Positions 1 to 11,918 of a stretch of DNA of 64,000 nucleotides are shown piece after piece. Location of the stretch: NCBI GenBank assembly GCA_024704765.1, contig JAKMXF010000337.1, positions 62,001 through 126,000 of the forward strand, written 5' to 3'. Under the pieces are notes generated by a model that was not told where the DNA came from, searched no databases, and saw only the letters and a list, made by a program, of their open reading frames with translations. The position numbers and the translations under genes are program-made. Origin of the DNA: Oopsacas minuta (taxonomy: Eukaryota > Animalia > Porifera). Within the stretch, counting starts at the first letter, position 1, and each line of letters begins with the position of its first letter.

Positions 1-159
1 ATACGCACTTCATAGTACGAATTATAATCGGGGAATGGCGGGCAATTCCAATTTCGCCGCTCCAATGCTCCCCCACTTATAGAGGTTGCACTGTATTCTA
101 AAAGAACTTATAGATTAACTACATAGCTATTTTAAATCAAATTTATTTGTAAACACATA

Positions 160-1463
160 CGAAGGGCATTCGAAAAGTTTTGCCGTTTGATATGAAACCA
201 TTAATCTGTCGGATATTTTTCCGCATCCATCTTTCAGATATATTTAATTAGTCTATTTTGAAACTTTCATTCATTTACCTCTTCTATTTTCATAAATTAG
301 ATCATTTTAGATACATGGCTTCTAAAATATCTCAATCTAAATCAGATCTCACAAAACTTGATTTTCGAGTAATGATTTTGATCTTATTCAACCTACAGAA
401 GACAAAAGTAGAAATCTATGGATCTTTACAGGAACATATCCCAGATCTAGCTCCTTCTCTAAGTACAGTTGAACGATGGTACAGGGAATTTATCACGGAA
501 ATTTTGTTCTTGAAGATGCTCCTCGTTCACGAAGACCGAATATTTCACAAAATGAAGAAAATGTTAACCAAAGGCTAGGTCTAATTACTAGAGATCCTCA
601 TATTACGTACGCTCAGGTAGAGTATGAAACCGAGTTATCATCGGGGGACAATTAATATCATTTTGCACAAAGAGCTTTGTGTTAGAAAGTTGAGTGCCCG
701 ATGGATCCCCCATTCTTTGAACTTATAGCAAAAAATATCCCGCATAAACTTTTGCAAATTATGCTCAAAGGGTTTGCTACTGGAAGTTCAAGAGCTGTTT
801 CTGAGATCCTTACAGGTGATGAGACATGGATATACCATTATGATCCAGAAACAAGGCGAATGTCAAAGGAGTGGGTTGAAGAAGATGCCCCACCTCCAAC
901 CAAAGTGCGTAGGGCTAGATCTGTTGGGAAACAAATGTGGGCGATTTTTTTCAGATCTAGTGGGTTTGTGGAAGCTGTTGCTCTCGAGGATAGAAAGACT
1001 GTTACTGCCGACTGGTACACTACAGTGTGCCTACCCAAAGTCATCACAGCAATTGAGTCATAGCGGGAGAAGACAGGCATTAGTGGAATTCTTCTTCATC
1101 ATGATAGTGCATCATCGCATACGGCAATCATAACTCGTGAGTCTTTGGAAAATTCTGGACTCAAAACATTACCTCACCCACCCTACAGTTCTGATTTAGC
1201 CCCTTGCGAATTCTGGTTGTTCCCTAGACTCAAAGATCAATTACTTGGGAGGAGATTTTCGACTAATGAGGAGTTGAGAGGGGCACTTTTCCAAGCGATC
1301 GGAGACATATCCAAAGAAGAGTGGAAAATGTTTGATAATTGGTTTACCAGAATGAAAAAATGTAATAGATTGTCAGGGAGAGTATTTTGAAAATGTAATA
1401 GTCAAATTTATGATTACCAATATGATATGTCGGTCAACGTCAAAACTTTTCGAGTGCCCCTCG
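160..1463 (+). mobile_element. mariner-family DNA transposon (copy A), decayed
   Basis: 28-bp TIRs (CGAAGGGCATTCGAAAAGTTTTGCCGTT at 160; reverse complement ending 1463, 3 mismatches), TA duplication at 158-159 and 1464-1465, 1304 bp long. Confidence 0.93.
315..1390 (+). pseudogene. mariner transposase pseudogene
   Basis: Fragments in several frames: DFRVMIL (HTH region), TGDETWIYHYDPET, HHDSASSH, PHPPYSSDLAPCEFWLFP (D,D34D-type motifs); stops and frameshifts. Confidence 0.88.
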
Positions 1464-3582
1464 TACAAGTGGTGATTATTCTAAGATTGGAATGTATTGT
1501 AAACTTAGATTCTAAAATGATGTTACAACAACAATCCTTTTGTATCCTATTGTGTTGCGAATTGTTGACTTCCCATTTATAGGTATAGGTATATTCTATT
1601 AGATTTAAAATTTTCCGCTTACCGAACGCAAACTTATAAACGATAATGTTATTTTCAGAGTTACTCGAATCTAAAAATATTTAAATATCTTTTGAGCCTA
1701 CGCTGTAGCGTCTTCATGTCTTCCGTTTGCGCTAACAACAGAAACCAAAATACTTAGAGCAATATAAAAACTCTAACCTGGGAGCGGGAAATTGGCTCGA
1801 AATATACAGTCCCGAATTCCTCAGTTAGCAAGGTTCCACTGAGTAGTGAATAATTATATAATAATTTCATTGATGTACAGTTGGATTTAGGTTATTGTCA
1901 CATCATATTTTTCAATTGGACAAAACCACGAATTCGACTGTATTCTACATATTCAATTTACTATTTTGCAATGCATTCCGTTCATTTATTGTCGAGCAAG
2001 AACCACTTATCAATTGAGCCACAAGTGTCTTAAAGGTCCTATTATTGAACATCGGATCAACTCATGGGTTCATCATCAAATTAATTACACTCAATTTGTT
2101 CCACTAAATATCTACTGTTAATTGATTAGTATAAAGTGGCGCTGATAAATGCTACTATGCCACATGTGGTACAAATTGAAATGGCTCTCTTCAGCAAGTA
2201 ATTACCGGAATGCTTCAAAATGAACAATAATGTATGTATTCAGCTTATAGTGGTTACATTACATACAATTACACGACATATGGAAATCTCATTGCAACTA
2301 CTTTGATCTAATTTAGGCTCAGCTTGTAATGTGATTTTATTTCGATTTTATATTTATATAATCCCAATAGTATGGCCGACATACATTCGACTGATGAAAC
2401 GTCCACTTTTGCAAAGCATAAAGTTTCATCAATAAGCTGCATAATTTGCAAGAAAGATCATTACATTAAAAAATATCGTCACCATTTATCAACGCACGTG
2501 AAGGAGGGAGAAATTACGGCAGAGGATGTAAACAAGATTATTTTCAATTGGCGTGTAACCAGATCCGATGAAAAGAAGATTTATCACGATGAAATTCAGA
2601 AAGGCTATGTATGCCACTTTAAAACGGACTCAACACAAGAGTGCGGTCACATCGTTCTGGACCTTAAGCGGCATCTGGTCTCTGTTCATAACTCGACAGA
2701 TTCTACTCCCTTTTGGGGGATTTTGGTTGAAAAGGGGACCACCATAAAGCCTACAAAACGTAGATTGAATGCGATATACCATTCTTCTGAATCAGAACGG
2801 AATGATACTTGCAAAAGAAAATTTGCTCATCACAGGATATGAACAACCCAAATACTCAGATTCAATCGGTATCCATCCCCGACCCGATAATACCCCACTC
2901 ACAAAATATTTTTACTAATGAAAGTGATAGTGACAGTGATCATAGTAACTCCGTGTTCGAGGCAACACTTGTTCCTCCGCGCGAAGATTGCTCTTCATCA
3001 ATAACCTCTCCTCCCACAATACCTCGAGCGAGTAGTGACTCTACAAGCCTCCAAATTATAGATATGGAAAAGTTAACAGCGGAATTTCACACTTTCATGA
3101 TTACCAATGGTGGTGGTGGAAGGCGCAATACTCCAGTTAAAGGAGATATTTCTTCATTCAGGTGTTTCGCGAAAGAGGTTTGGTGGGGAAATTTCTGGAA
3201 TCATAATGTACTGAATGATTACATTACTTCAGCTACCTGTTCTCCCTCTACATCCTACGGTCGCCTTAGGGTGTACGAAAAGGTTCATCCATTTCTTGCG
3301 TTCGCAATTCCCTAATCTCCTCCCGCCCCCAGAACGCATGGTAACAATTGAATCAATGCTAAAGGCACTTAAAGAAGCTTGGGCAAGGATCGCCATTACC
3401 GAGGTAAAATAACTATGACATCTAGTCGTACTCGTATGCCGCATTCTTTGAATGTTTTAAGAGAGTGGCGATTAGAGAGAAAGTCAGTGAAAGTCAAATC
3501 GCTGTTTCCTGGTTCCACAAACGATAATACATTTCAATTAGATGAAAGCTTATTTATTAAGCTGCAAAATTTCCTTATAGTA

Positions 3583-4958
3583 CAGTGCGTTCGGAAATTA
3601 TTGGCAGTAAATACTATTTTCATCATCCTTTACAAATATTCTAAAACAACCTTATTTACGACGTCTAAGTTATAGCAACATATAATATACTCGAAATATA
3701 ATGTATAGATCCACTGACATTCTAATTTTCTGCCTTATCTATCCCAAATGATCTTTGACATTAAATATGTGCTTATTATTTTGTTCACACATTTTAGACC
3801 CATATTTTCCGACTTTCACTAACAATATTTTTCCACAATTTTGGTATGAAGGCTCAGGAAAAGAATAGAATCAGAATAAAGGAACTCTGATGCTGGGATG
3901 ACAAAAGCGACTGAAATATCAAGACGACTAGCTATACCAGAGCGGACAGTATATCGTGTTTTGAAGTCTATTTCTGACAAAAAGAGCTTGACTCATAAGA
4001 ATGGAGCAGGTCGACCTCAAATATTGCACAAGTCTGATAGGAATATGATTATGGCACTCGTTCAACACAATCCAAGGATCATCACTCTAAATGAATGTCG
4101 AGCAAAATTGAGTACTCCAGTTGCCAAAAGCACACTATCGGAGGAAATGAAGATGAGAAGCTTACAATATCGCCAGGCAGTAAGAATTCCAGCCTTGTCA
4201 CAACTCCATATTACTAAAGGAATAGAATGGTGTAAACGAATGAGGGGTCAGAACTGGTCTAAAGTATTCTTTACTAATGAATTCTCTATATGGATGAATT
4301 CAGGCAAGATACATATATGTATGGACAAAGAAGGACAGCCCATTAACCTGCCAACTTTCAAACTTCCAGCGAAGCTACATATTTGGGGTGGTATTTCGGT
4401 AATGGGCAAAACAAACCTCAAAGTTTTTACCGAAAACTTCAACCAGGAACGATACAAAACAGTTCTAAATGAGTGTCTTATACAAGAAGCTAATGCTTTC
4501 TACGGAAATCAATGGGTATTACAGGAAGATAACAGTCCTATACATACAGGAAATGCAGCAAAGGCTTGGAAACAGGAATTTGTCCCACATCAGATCGACT
4601 AGCCCTCCAATAGCCCCGATCTGAACCCAATTGAAAATCTTTGGGTTGTACTAAAGAAGAGATTCCTCAAAAAGAGATTTACTAGCTCAAATGGGTTGAA
4701 AGAAGCTATTTTAGAGATATGGAACATATTTGACCCTGAATTTTTAAAGCAATTTTGTCTATCAATGAACAAAAGAATTCGGTTATGCATCAAAGGTGGA
4801 GGTAAGAAGATAAATTATTGGCTATATGAGAGTTACTCATGCATATTCGTTTTAAGAGAGTACCGAATTATTAGAAATCATATGATTTTGATCATTCTTA
4901 TCATAGATATTGAATGGAACCAAATCAAATTCACTGCCAATAATTTCCGAATGCGCTG
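3583..4958 (+). mobile_element. Tc1-family transposon inserted in the YR gene
   Basis: 30-bp TIRs (CAGTGCGTTCGGAAATTATTGGCAGTAAAT vs CAGCGCATTCGGAAATTATTGGCAGTGAAT), TA duplication at 3581-3582 and 4959-4960. Confidence 0.95.
3846..4818 (+). pseudogene. Tc1 (DD34E-type) transposase pseudogene
   Basis: ORF 3898-4602 has an HTH region, GAGRP, VFFTNEF (first Asp replaced by Asn), IWGGIS and LQEDNS; a stop precedes PDLNPIENLW; 5' frameshift. Confidence 0.88.
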
Positions 4959-6352
4959 TAGAAGTGATATTGAATAATGCGCAGCGCTCTGGCATCATAG
5001 AGGGGATGAGAATTCTAGAAGTTTTAAGTGGAAGAAGCAATGCAAATGAAGATCGTCTACACTATTTATATGTAGAAGACCATAAAACAGGTCACATGCA
5101 GCCAGCAATAATGTATCTGGATTCGGAAATGTATAATTACCTATTAATATTCGTGGTGGTTGTGATTCCGCAGTTACCACGATTGGAAGTTCCAAGATCT
5201 GGTGAGGATAGTCGAGTTTTTCAAACATGGAAGTCTCAAATTTTACATTCGAGCAATGTAAATCATTGTTTTAAAGCAGGGTTAACCTTATGTGGGATTA
5301 ATGATCCACATAGATGCCCCACAAATTATAGGAAGGTGGCATCAACTCTAATTAGCATGCACAGGCCAGAGCTCCAGGAAACGCTCTCCCAATTCATGTG
5401 CCATTCGCGATCTACTACCGAAAAACATTATCGTACTCACATGGCGCATAGAAGAATGTACACAATTTTTAAAGAATTAGGGAGATGCCAAGCTATTGAG
5501 GGACATGTCGCAGACTTCGTCACTACTCCCCATGAAACCCCCACGAACCTTCCTGACTCTAATATTGAGACTGAAATTGACGATGTTATTGAAGTGAACA
5601 TCAGTGCCAATACAGATGCTTCAGATATTGAATCAGTATCTCCTCTAGCAGTGGATTTGATAGATGAATTACAATATCAAGAGGAACTATCTCACCCCAA
5701 ATTTCATTCAAAATGTAAAGCGAAAAGTTTCCTTTGTGATCAAACGGAAGAAGATACCTTTTTCCGAGTTTTTGGGAGTATGATAACGGATTCAATTGCA
5801 CTTCGTCTAGTATGTACAAGGGATGTTTGCCGCTTAGCTCAGAATTCGGAATTTAAGACTATATGGGGGAGACTGGTGGAACATTATGGATATGCGGCAG
5901 CGAGTAAGAAGATTACTGCAAAAATTCGAACTTATGGCAGAAACCACCAAAACAAACACCAGAATCAGATTGAGAATTATTGCTAATACCCAAGCTGAAG
6001 CGCCTTAGTATCAAAGAGAAACTTTCCATCTGCTAGAGATACAGCAAGAAAGCTGTCAGTAACTATCAGAAGCTTGGTATGACTTGTTATTCTAGCCTAT
6101 TTCTAGTTGTTTTCAGTGCTTTATAGTATCGTAAAAAGTGCACTTGGCTGATGAAAAATCCCGCAGAAATTTCAAAAATTTTTTTTCCTTCGGGTGTTTA
6201 TGCCTCTTTTTGCTGGAGCCTGTCGATGAAAAAACACCCGATTTAACTGTATATCAATTTGTATTTCCGTATATTTGATTAGATAATGGACAGCCTAACA
6301 ATGTCGATTTGGTGGGAGATTTAGCCAAACAGCTAAAAGAAATGAGAACAAG

Positions 6353-6775
6353 GTGGAACAGATAACAGTGGAAAATTCTGAATTAAGGCCGGAGATAAGA
6401 GAGCTGAGGGAAGATATTAGGCTGGTTAATGACGAGTTTACAGAACTAAAGCACAAATTTGATTGTGTTCTAGAGAAGGAGCAAGCCATGGAGGTATGGT
6501 GGGAGCAGGGGAAGGTAGAATGGGAACAACTGAGGGACTTGGAAAAGCAAAGACATATGAGGGAATTGAATTCGAGATTTGAGAGGGAGGAAGATAACAA
6601 AGAGAGATTAGAGGAATGGAACCGGAAATTTAAAGAAGTTCTGATGTGGGAAGAGAGATTGAGGAGGTGTGCAGCTGACGATATAGAGAAGAGCGATAGA
6701 TATGAGAACATAATTTTCGATTGGCAGGTGTGGGATGAAGACGGGAGGAGAGGGTCCCCGCAGTCGTCAATCTGA
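6353..6775 (+). other. purine-rich ORF relic encoding a charged coiled-coil-like peptide, origin unknown
   Basis: 140-aa E/R/K-rich ORF with heptad-like pattern; apparent frameshifted 5' extension from about 6285; no recognisable catalytic motif. Confidence 0.3.
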
Positions 6776-8400
6776 ATAAGAATATAAGTAGGCAGCTGTG
6801 ATAGACTCTGCAATGGATAACTTTTTATATTAGCTACTTTGTAGATTTATTAGTACTAGTGGTATGTAGTATATGTGCCAAAGTTAGTTGGTATTTATTA
6901 ATACAAGTCACTCCGCTTGCTCGCGCTACTCCGTTTGCTGACACTTCATGTCCGCACTAGGAAGAAAGGTATCTCTGATTGTAGAAAAAATTGAAGAATA
7001 AAATTATTAATTGTCTTTTCGTGAGCATGCTCAAATCTAACATAATCAGATAGAAAACGGAACTAAGATGGGGAAACAAAGTAAGCAAGGCCGGGGAAGC
7101 TGAGGCAGTCAGGGCCGCCCCACCTTTAGCAAAAATAATATTAGCCCTATGCAGAAGGGCCTGAGCGGTTCTACTTTGTATTTCCTTACCGATGAGGTCC
7201 GCCCCACCTTTCATGGGCTTCTGCCCAGAAGCATGTTAATAGGGGGAGCTGGTCCTTCAATTTTATACAATAACATTGAATAGGGCTATTCTATCCAAAT
7301 AATGGCCACCACTAAAATATATCCGGCCCCCCCAAAGAAATTTGGGTGGCTATGCTCATGCTTCCGCCGTCTTTGATAAGCAAACAACTTGAATGCAACA
7401 ATGATTTGAAATGTTTGGTGCTGGATATAGGTGTGAAAATGTCGTTTGGTAAGTAGACACGTTTTCACAGCTGCCGGGGCATGTAAACAATGACCGAACC
7501 TTTTTGGGCTTATGGCATTGAAATTCTAATCCTAGAACAAATTTTCCATGAATTCTTGGTCCTAGAGTAGACTAAAATCCCATAGAAAATTGGCCTTCAG
7601 GACCATTTTTTGCGGAGTGATTTTCCAATGACAGGTCTATTGAAGGGGAATCATGAATAATCGATCAATTAGCAGGATCCTCGCCCTTTCAATCTCAACG
7701 ACCCATTTTATGATTTATAAGTACAAACCACAGAGCTATAATCTATACTTTTATTCTCTAATTGCCAGACAAAGATCTCATATTTATACATAAACAATTT
7801 TGTCATGGAATTTCTGTCAGTGCCAATTTTTTTTCCATGTTAAATTGTTCCCCAAGACCAATTTTCGTGGCTGACCAACTATTTGGTTTCGCACAGCCAT
7901 AACCGGACCACTTTTTAATAGGTTTTATGAAATATCAATGTGTATAGGGCCTATTAAACAGTATTGTTTGGCCGGACCAGTTTTATATGATCTATGATCA
8001 GGTTGGACCACTATTGAGACCGGTGCGACGCTCCTGAATAATACATATTCCTAGTGAAACATTTTGTGAATTGGCATTTATAAAATGAACATATTCTTCA
8101 TGGTAATTTTGTAAATCGACAGAAAACATTTATTGAAAAAAGAGATTCCAATGAACTATTCCACAATATTTACAAATGATGATTAAAGTTTTCTTCGATC
8201 TGTGATGGTGATTTGTATAAGAAAAGCCCCCATTTATACACGCGGCGATTTAGATTCAGCACACAATGAAGGATAATGTGATGTGTAAAATGTTATACCC
8301 TATCATAGGTTATCTAGATTGAATGCCAATTACTGACTGTATTATGAGGGGAAACAGCTAATTTGCATAACAAGTTAACAACCTTCTAGATTATAAATTA

Positions 8401-10691
8401 CACAACTCAACAAGATTTCTCATCAGAGATCACATACATTTATCTTAGCATACTTTTGAATGCTGAACTCGAATCTGTAATCAGAATTTCTCTAGCACGT
8501 CTAGTTATTCTGAAATCCAATATCCATTTTTTCAATAGTATAGTATTACCCAGTTACTAAACTGCTATATGAGAATGCCTATTTTGATTCAATTATCTGG
8601 AATATAAATGACTTTACTTATTTGAATTCAAGCAAATCAATTATAAACATGCATCGTAATTGTAGAACTCATCCCGACAATTTCTGTTACGTTTGTGGTC
8701 TTTTTTGCGTAAAATCGCAAAGACGACCAATCACAAATCAGTTAAAGAACATATACAAATTGTACTTCGAATGTCCACTTAGTGATCAAGACAAGTCGTG
8801 GGCACCACATGTTATATGCACTTCTTGTTCAAGTGGACTACGTTATTGGTTGAACAATAGGAAAGTTTCAATGCCATTTGCAATACCCATGGTCTGGAGG
8901 GAACAGAAAAATCACCTTGATGATTGTTACTTTTGCCTTATCGACATTACAGGATTCTCAGCCAAGAATAAGCACGCTCTTGTTTACCCAGACTTGGATT
9001 CTGCTCGCTGGCCAATTCCACACGACATCTCATTACCAATCCCAATTCCTAAGCCACAGCAAATTAAAATCGGGTCTGATATGGTGGAAGATGTTCATGC
9101 AGATTCTACAGGCGCTAATTATGTCCCAGAAGATGAATTACTAGAGCCACAAACATTTACACAGGGAGAATTGAATGACCTGGTCAGGGATCTAGACTTA
9201 TCTATAGACAGAGCTGAACTCCTTGCATCCAGGCTCAAACAGAAAAACCTACTCGACAAAGATGTCCTAGTATCCCACTATCGCAAGCGAAATTTCGATC
9301 TCGCTCAATACTACACCACTGATGGTCCACTGTGCTATTGTAATGATATCGAAGGACTCTATGTAAACCTATTACAAGAACATTCTTCCTCTGATTGGTG
9401 CCTTTTCATCGACTCGTCAAAACGCAGTTTGAAAGCTGTTCTGTTGCATAACGGAAATCTAAAGCCTGGCGTTCCAATTGCTCACTCCGTCTATCTCAAA
9501 GAAACCTTCGTCAATTTGCAGGAAGTTTTGGAGGCAATACAGTATAAAACACATTTGTGGAATATCTGCGGTGATCTTAAGATAATCGGGCTATTGATGG
9601 GCTTGCAACAAGGTTTTACAAAGTATTGTTGTTTCCTATGTCTATGGGACAGCCGAGCAACTGGTGAAGATTATAAAAAATGTGATTGGCCGAAGAGAAC
9701 CTATGAAGTGGGGAAAACCAATTTACAGCATTCGCCATTGGTAGATCCAAACAAAGTTTTCTTACCCCCACTTCATATTAAACTTGGATTAATGAAAACA
9801 TTCGTTAAAACAATGGGCAAAACAAATTCAGCAGGATTTCTGCATTTGGTAGGCAAACTTCCGAAACTAAGCGAGGCAAAGTTAAAAGAGTGAGTATTTG
9901 TAGGACCACAAATCAGACAAGTATTCAGAGATCCAGATTTCGAGAAGACATTATCCGAATTAGAAATGAGTACTTGGAATTCTTTCAAATGGGTTTGTGA
10001 AAACTTTTTGGGCAACACGAAATCGTTCAACTACAGAGAAGGAGTGGACACCTTGCTTAACGCATACGAGAAGATGGGCTGTCGCATGTCGCTAAAACTC
10101 CACTTCTTACACTCACATCTTGATTTTTTCCCTGAGAACCTTGGTGCTGTAAGTGATGAACAGGGTGAGAGATTCCACCAAGACATACAGGAGATGGTAA
10201 CCCGATACCAAGGTTTCTGGAATGAGGGCATGATGTCCGATTACTGTTGGAGGCTCTTCAGAGATAATCCCAACAAGAACTATAAAAGCAAGTCGTACTC
10301 TCAACACTTTTAATTTGGTTAGCTACCTTTATACTTCTGGATGGATATGTATTTCCCCTTAGTTTGTGAGTAGTTGATACATGTATGAATGTGAATTATT
10401 ATATGTAGGATCTAGGATAATAACTGATATTATCTTGGCATTAATCTAAAACATCGAAACGTTGATTTATTTCAGATGGCTATCATGTAAGAAGACAAAA
10501 AGACAGCCACTACCATAAATAACAGGAAAAATTTAGGAAATACATAAAAATCGTTGACTTGTAGATGGAAAAAAGGCTGGACATGCTGGAAAGAATCTGA
10601 AAACAGATTTGAATTCAGCGTAAAACACTAGCTTAGAAAATGTCAATCTAATACTTGATGAGAAAATGAAGTTAAATTTTGTTGACCTGTG
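8401..10691 (+). mobile_element. Chapaev3 (CMC-group) DNA transposon
   Basis: Imperfect TIRs CACAACTCAACAAGATTT vs CACAGGTCAACAAAATTT (15/18), 3-bp TTA duplication at 8398-8400 and 10692-10694, matching subterminal GCTGAA(C/T)TC(G/A)AATCTG motifs. Confidence 0.88.
8649..10313 (+). pseudogene. Chapaev3 transposase, about 554 codons, one premature stop
   Basis: FCYVCG, DQDKSWAPH, LFIDSSKRSLKAVLLHNGN, CGDLK, CFLCLWDSR, LPPLHIKLG, MSLKLHFLHSH, SDEQGERFHQD. TGA at 9891-9893 sits where Gly of EGVFVGPQIR is expected; the frame continues unchanged. Confidence 0.9.
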
Positions 10692-11399
10692 TTATTGGAA
10701 AGAATTTTTATTATTGAAATGATCGATGTTAAACAAAACAAGTAGTGAATAGATATGTACTCGTAGTAGAAATTTAAATTAAACAAACAAATAACAAATA
10801 AAGATATTTGAGAATTGTAAGTACAGTCGACTCCGCTTAATTAGGTCACATCCTTCCGGAATTTTAACTCGGTTAAGCGGATGAATTAATGCAATTCATA
10901 TAATCTGTTCTTGGTCAAGTATTTGAATATTATTTCGTTGATGGCTTAGCCATTTTTCAGCTACATTATTTAACCAAACACCAATACTTGATTAAAACTT
11001 GATACTAATGTAATATCTCGAACTATCTTAAAATGGTAATAAATTAAAATGTCTAGATTAACAACAAAGTTGTATCCTGAGGTTAATAATAATCAAACCT
11101 GATTGTTATTTGTATCTTTTTAATTAAAAAAATATAAGATGTGATCCATAAAATATAGTTAATAAACATTCGTTTCAAACGATTTTTCTTATAAAACAAA
11201 TATTCGTTCGTTTAGTTTCGATCGGATATTCGAATATTCGGTATACAGTGCAATCGAATATTGAAAACATCGAGTGAGTAAAAATATAATGAATTTGTAA
11301 AGAATTTCACAAAAATGATGGGTCAGGTAGGTCGTGGGTCACCTTCACCAATTTTGACCCATGGTTCACTCTGGTTGGCAGATATGGAACTCTCTTACT

Positions 11400-11645
11400 C
11401 AGTGTTTCCCGCAAGGTTTTTGAAATGCTCATTTAGCACCGTAGACGCCGCATGCATGTATATTCCTTGCTAAATTCATGCCAATATATTCAAAAATAAT
11501 ACTAACATCTTAAAAGTTATTAATTATAACTTATAATTAATAATCCCACTTTGACGCAGTTTAATTAATTATGGACTTTAAAATACTCTTATATTGATCA
11601 GAGAAAACTTGAAGCGTCATTTAGCGCGTTTTTCGGGAAATACTG
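11400..11645. mobile_element. hAT-type MITE
   Basis: TIRs CAGTGTTTCCCG / CAGTATTTCCCG; 8-bp flanks CTCTTACT and CGCTTACT (7/8 identical). Confidence 0.75.
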
Positions 11646-11704
11646 CGCTTACTAGTCAACAGTTCAAACTGCCCATTTTGAAAATAGGATAAATAGATAT
11701 TTAT

Positions 11705-11829
<125 letters not shown>

Positions 11830-11918
11830 ACGCTCCCATATAGAAAACATGTAGGTTCAGTTCATAAAGTCTCAGAACCACATATCACACAAAATAACAA
11901 CAACAAAACAACATTGTA

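Larger units (their letters stand above)
2372..5986 (+). pseudogene. tyrosine-recombinase (Crypton-like/unclassified YR) gene with N-terminal C2H2-like fingers, frameshifted and interrupted by Tc1
   Basis: ORFs 2372-2842, 2809-3315, 3215-3412, 3379-3582 and 4961-5986 form one protein. YR motifs: NAQRSG (Arg), DHKTG (Lys), TNYRK, FMCHSRSTTEKHY (His, Tyr). N-terminal CIIC..HLSTH and CGH..HLVSVH. Confidence 0.8.

Noticed and set aside
6295-6813. 172-aa Ser/Leu-rich minus-strand ORF
   Set aside because: Antisense of the purine-rich plus-strand frame.
7100-7240. GC-rich segment with CCGATGAG and a repeated CCGCCCCACCTTT, considered as a hammerhead ribozyme
   Set aside because: The core is not CUGANGA and I could not build the three stems with a GAAA box.
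7460-8030. GGACCA-rich motifs and TGTCAT-like ends suggesting a non-autonomous element
   Set aside because: No matching pair of termini with a TSD could be defined.
10820-10882. TACAGTCGACTCCGCTTAA, a pogo/Tc-like left end
   Set aside because: No right end found.
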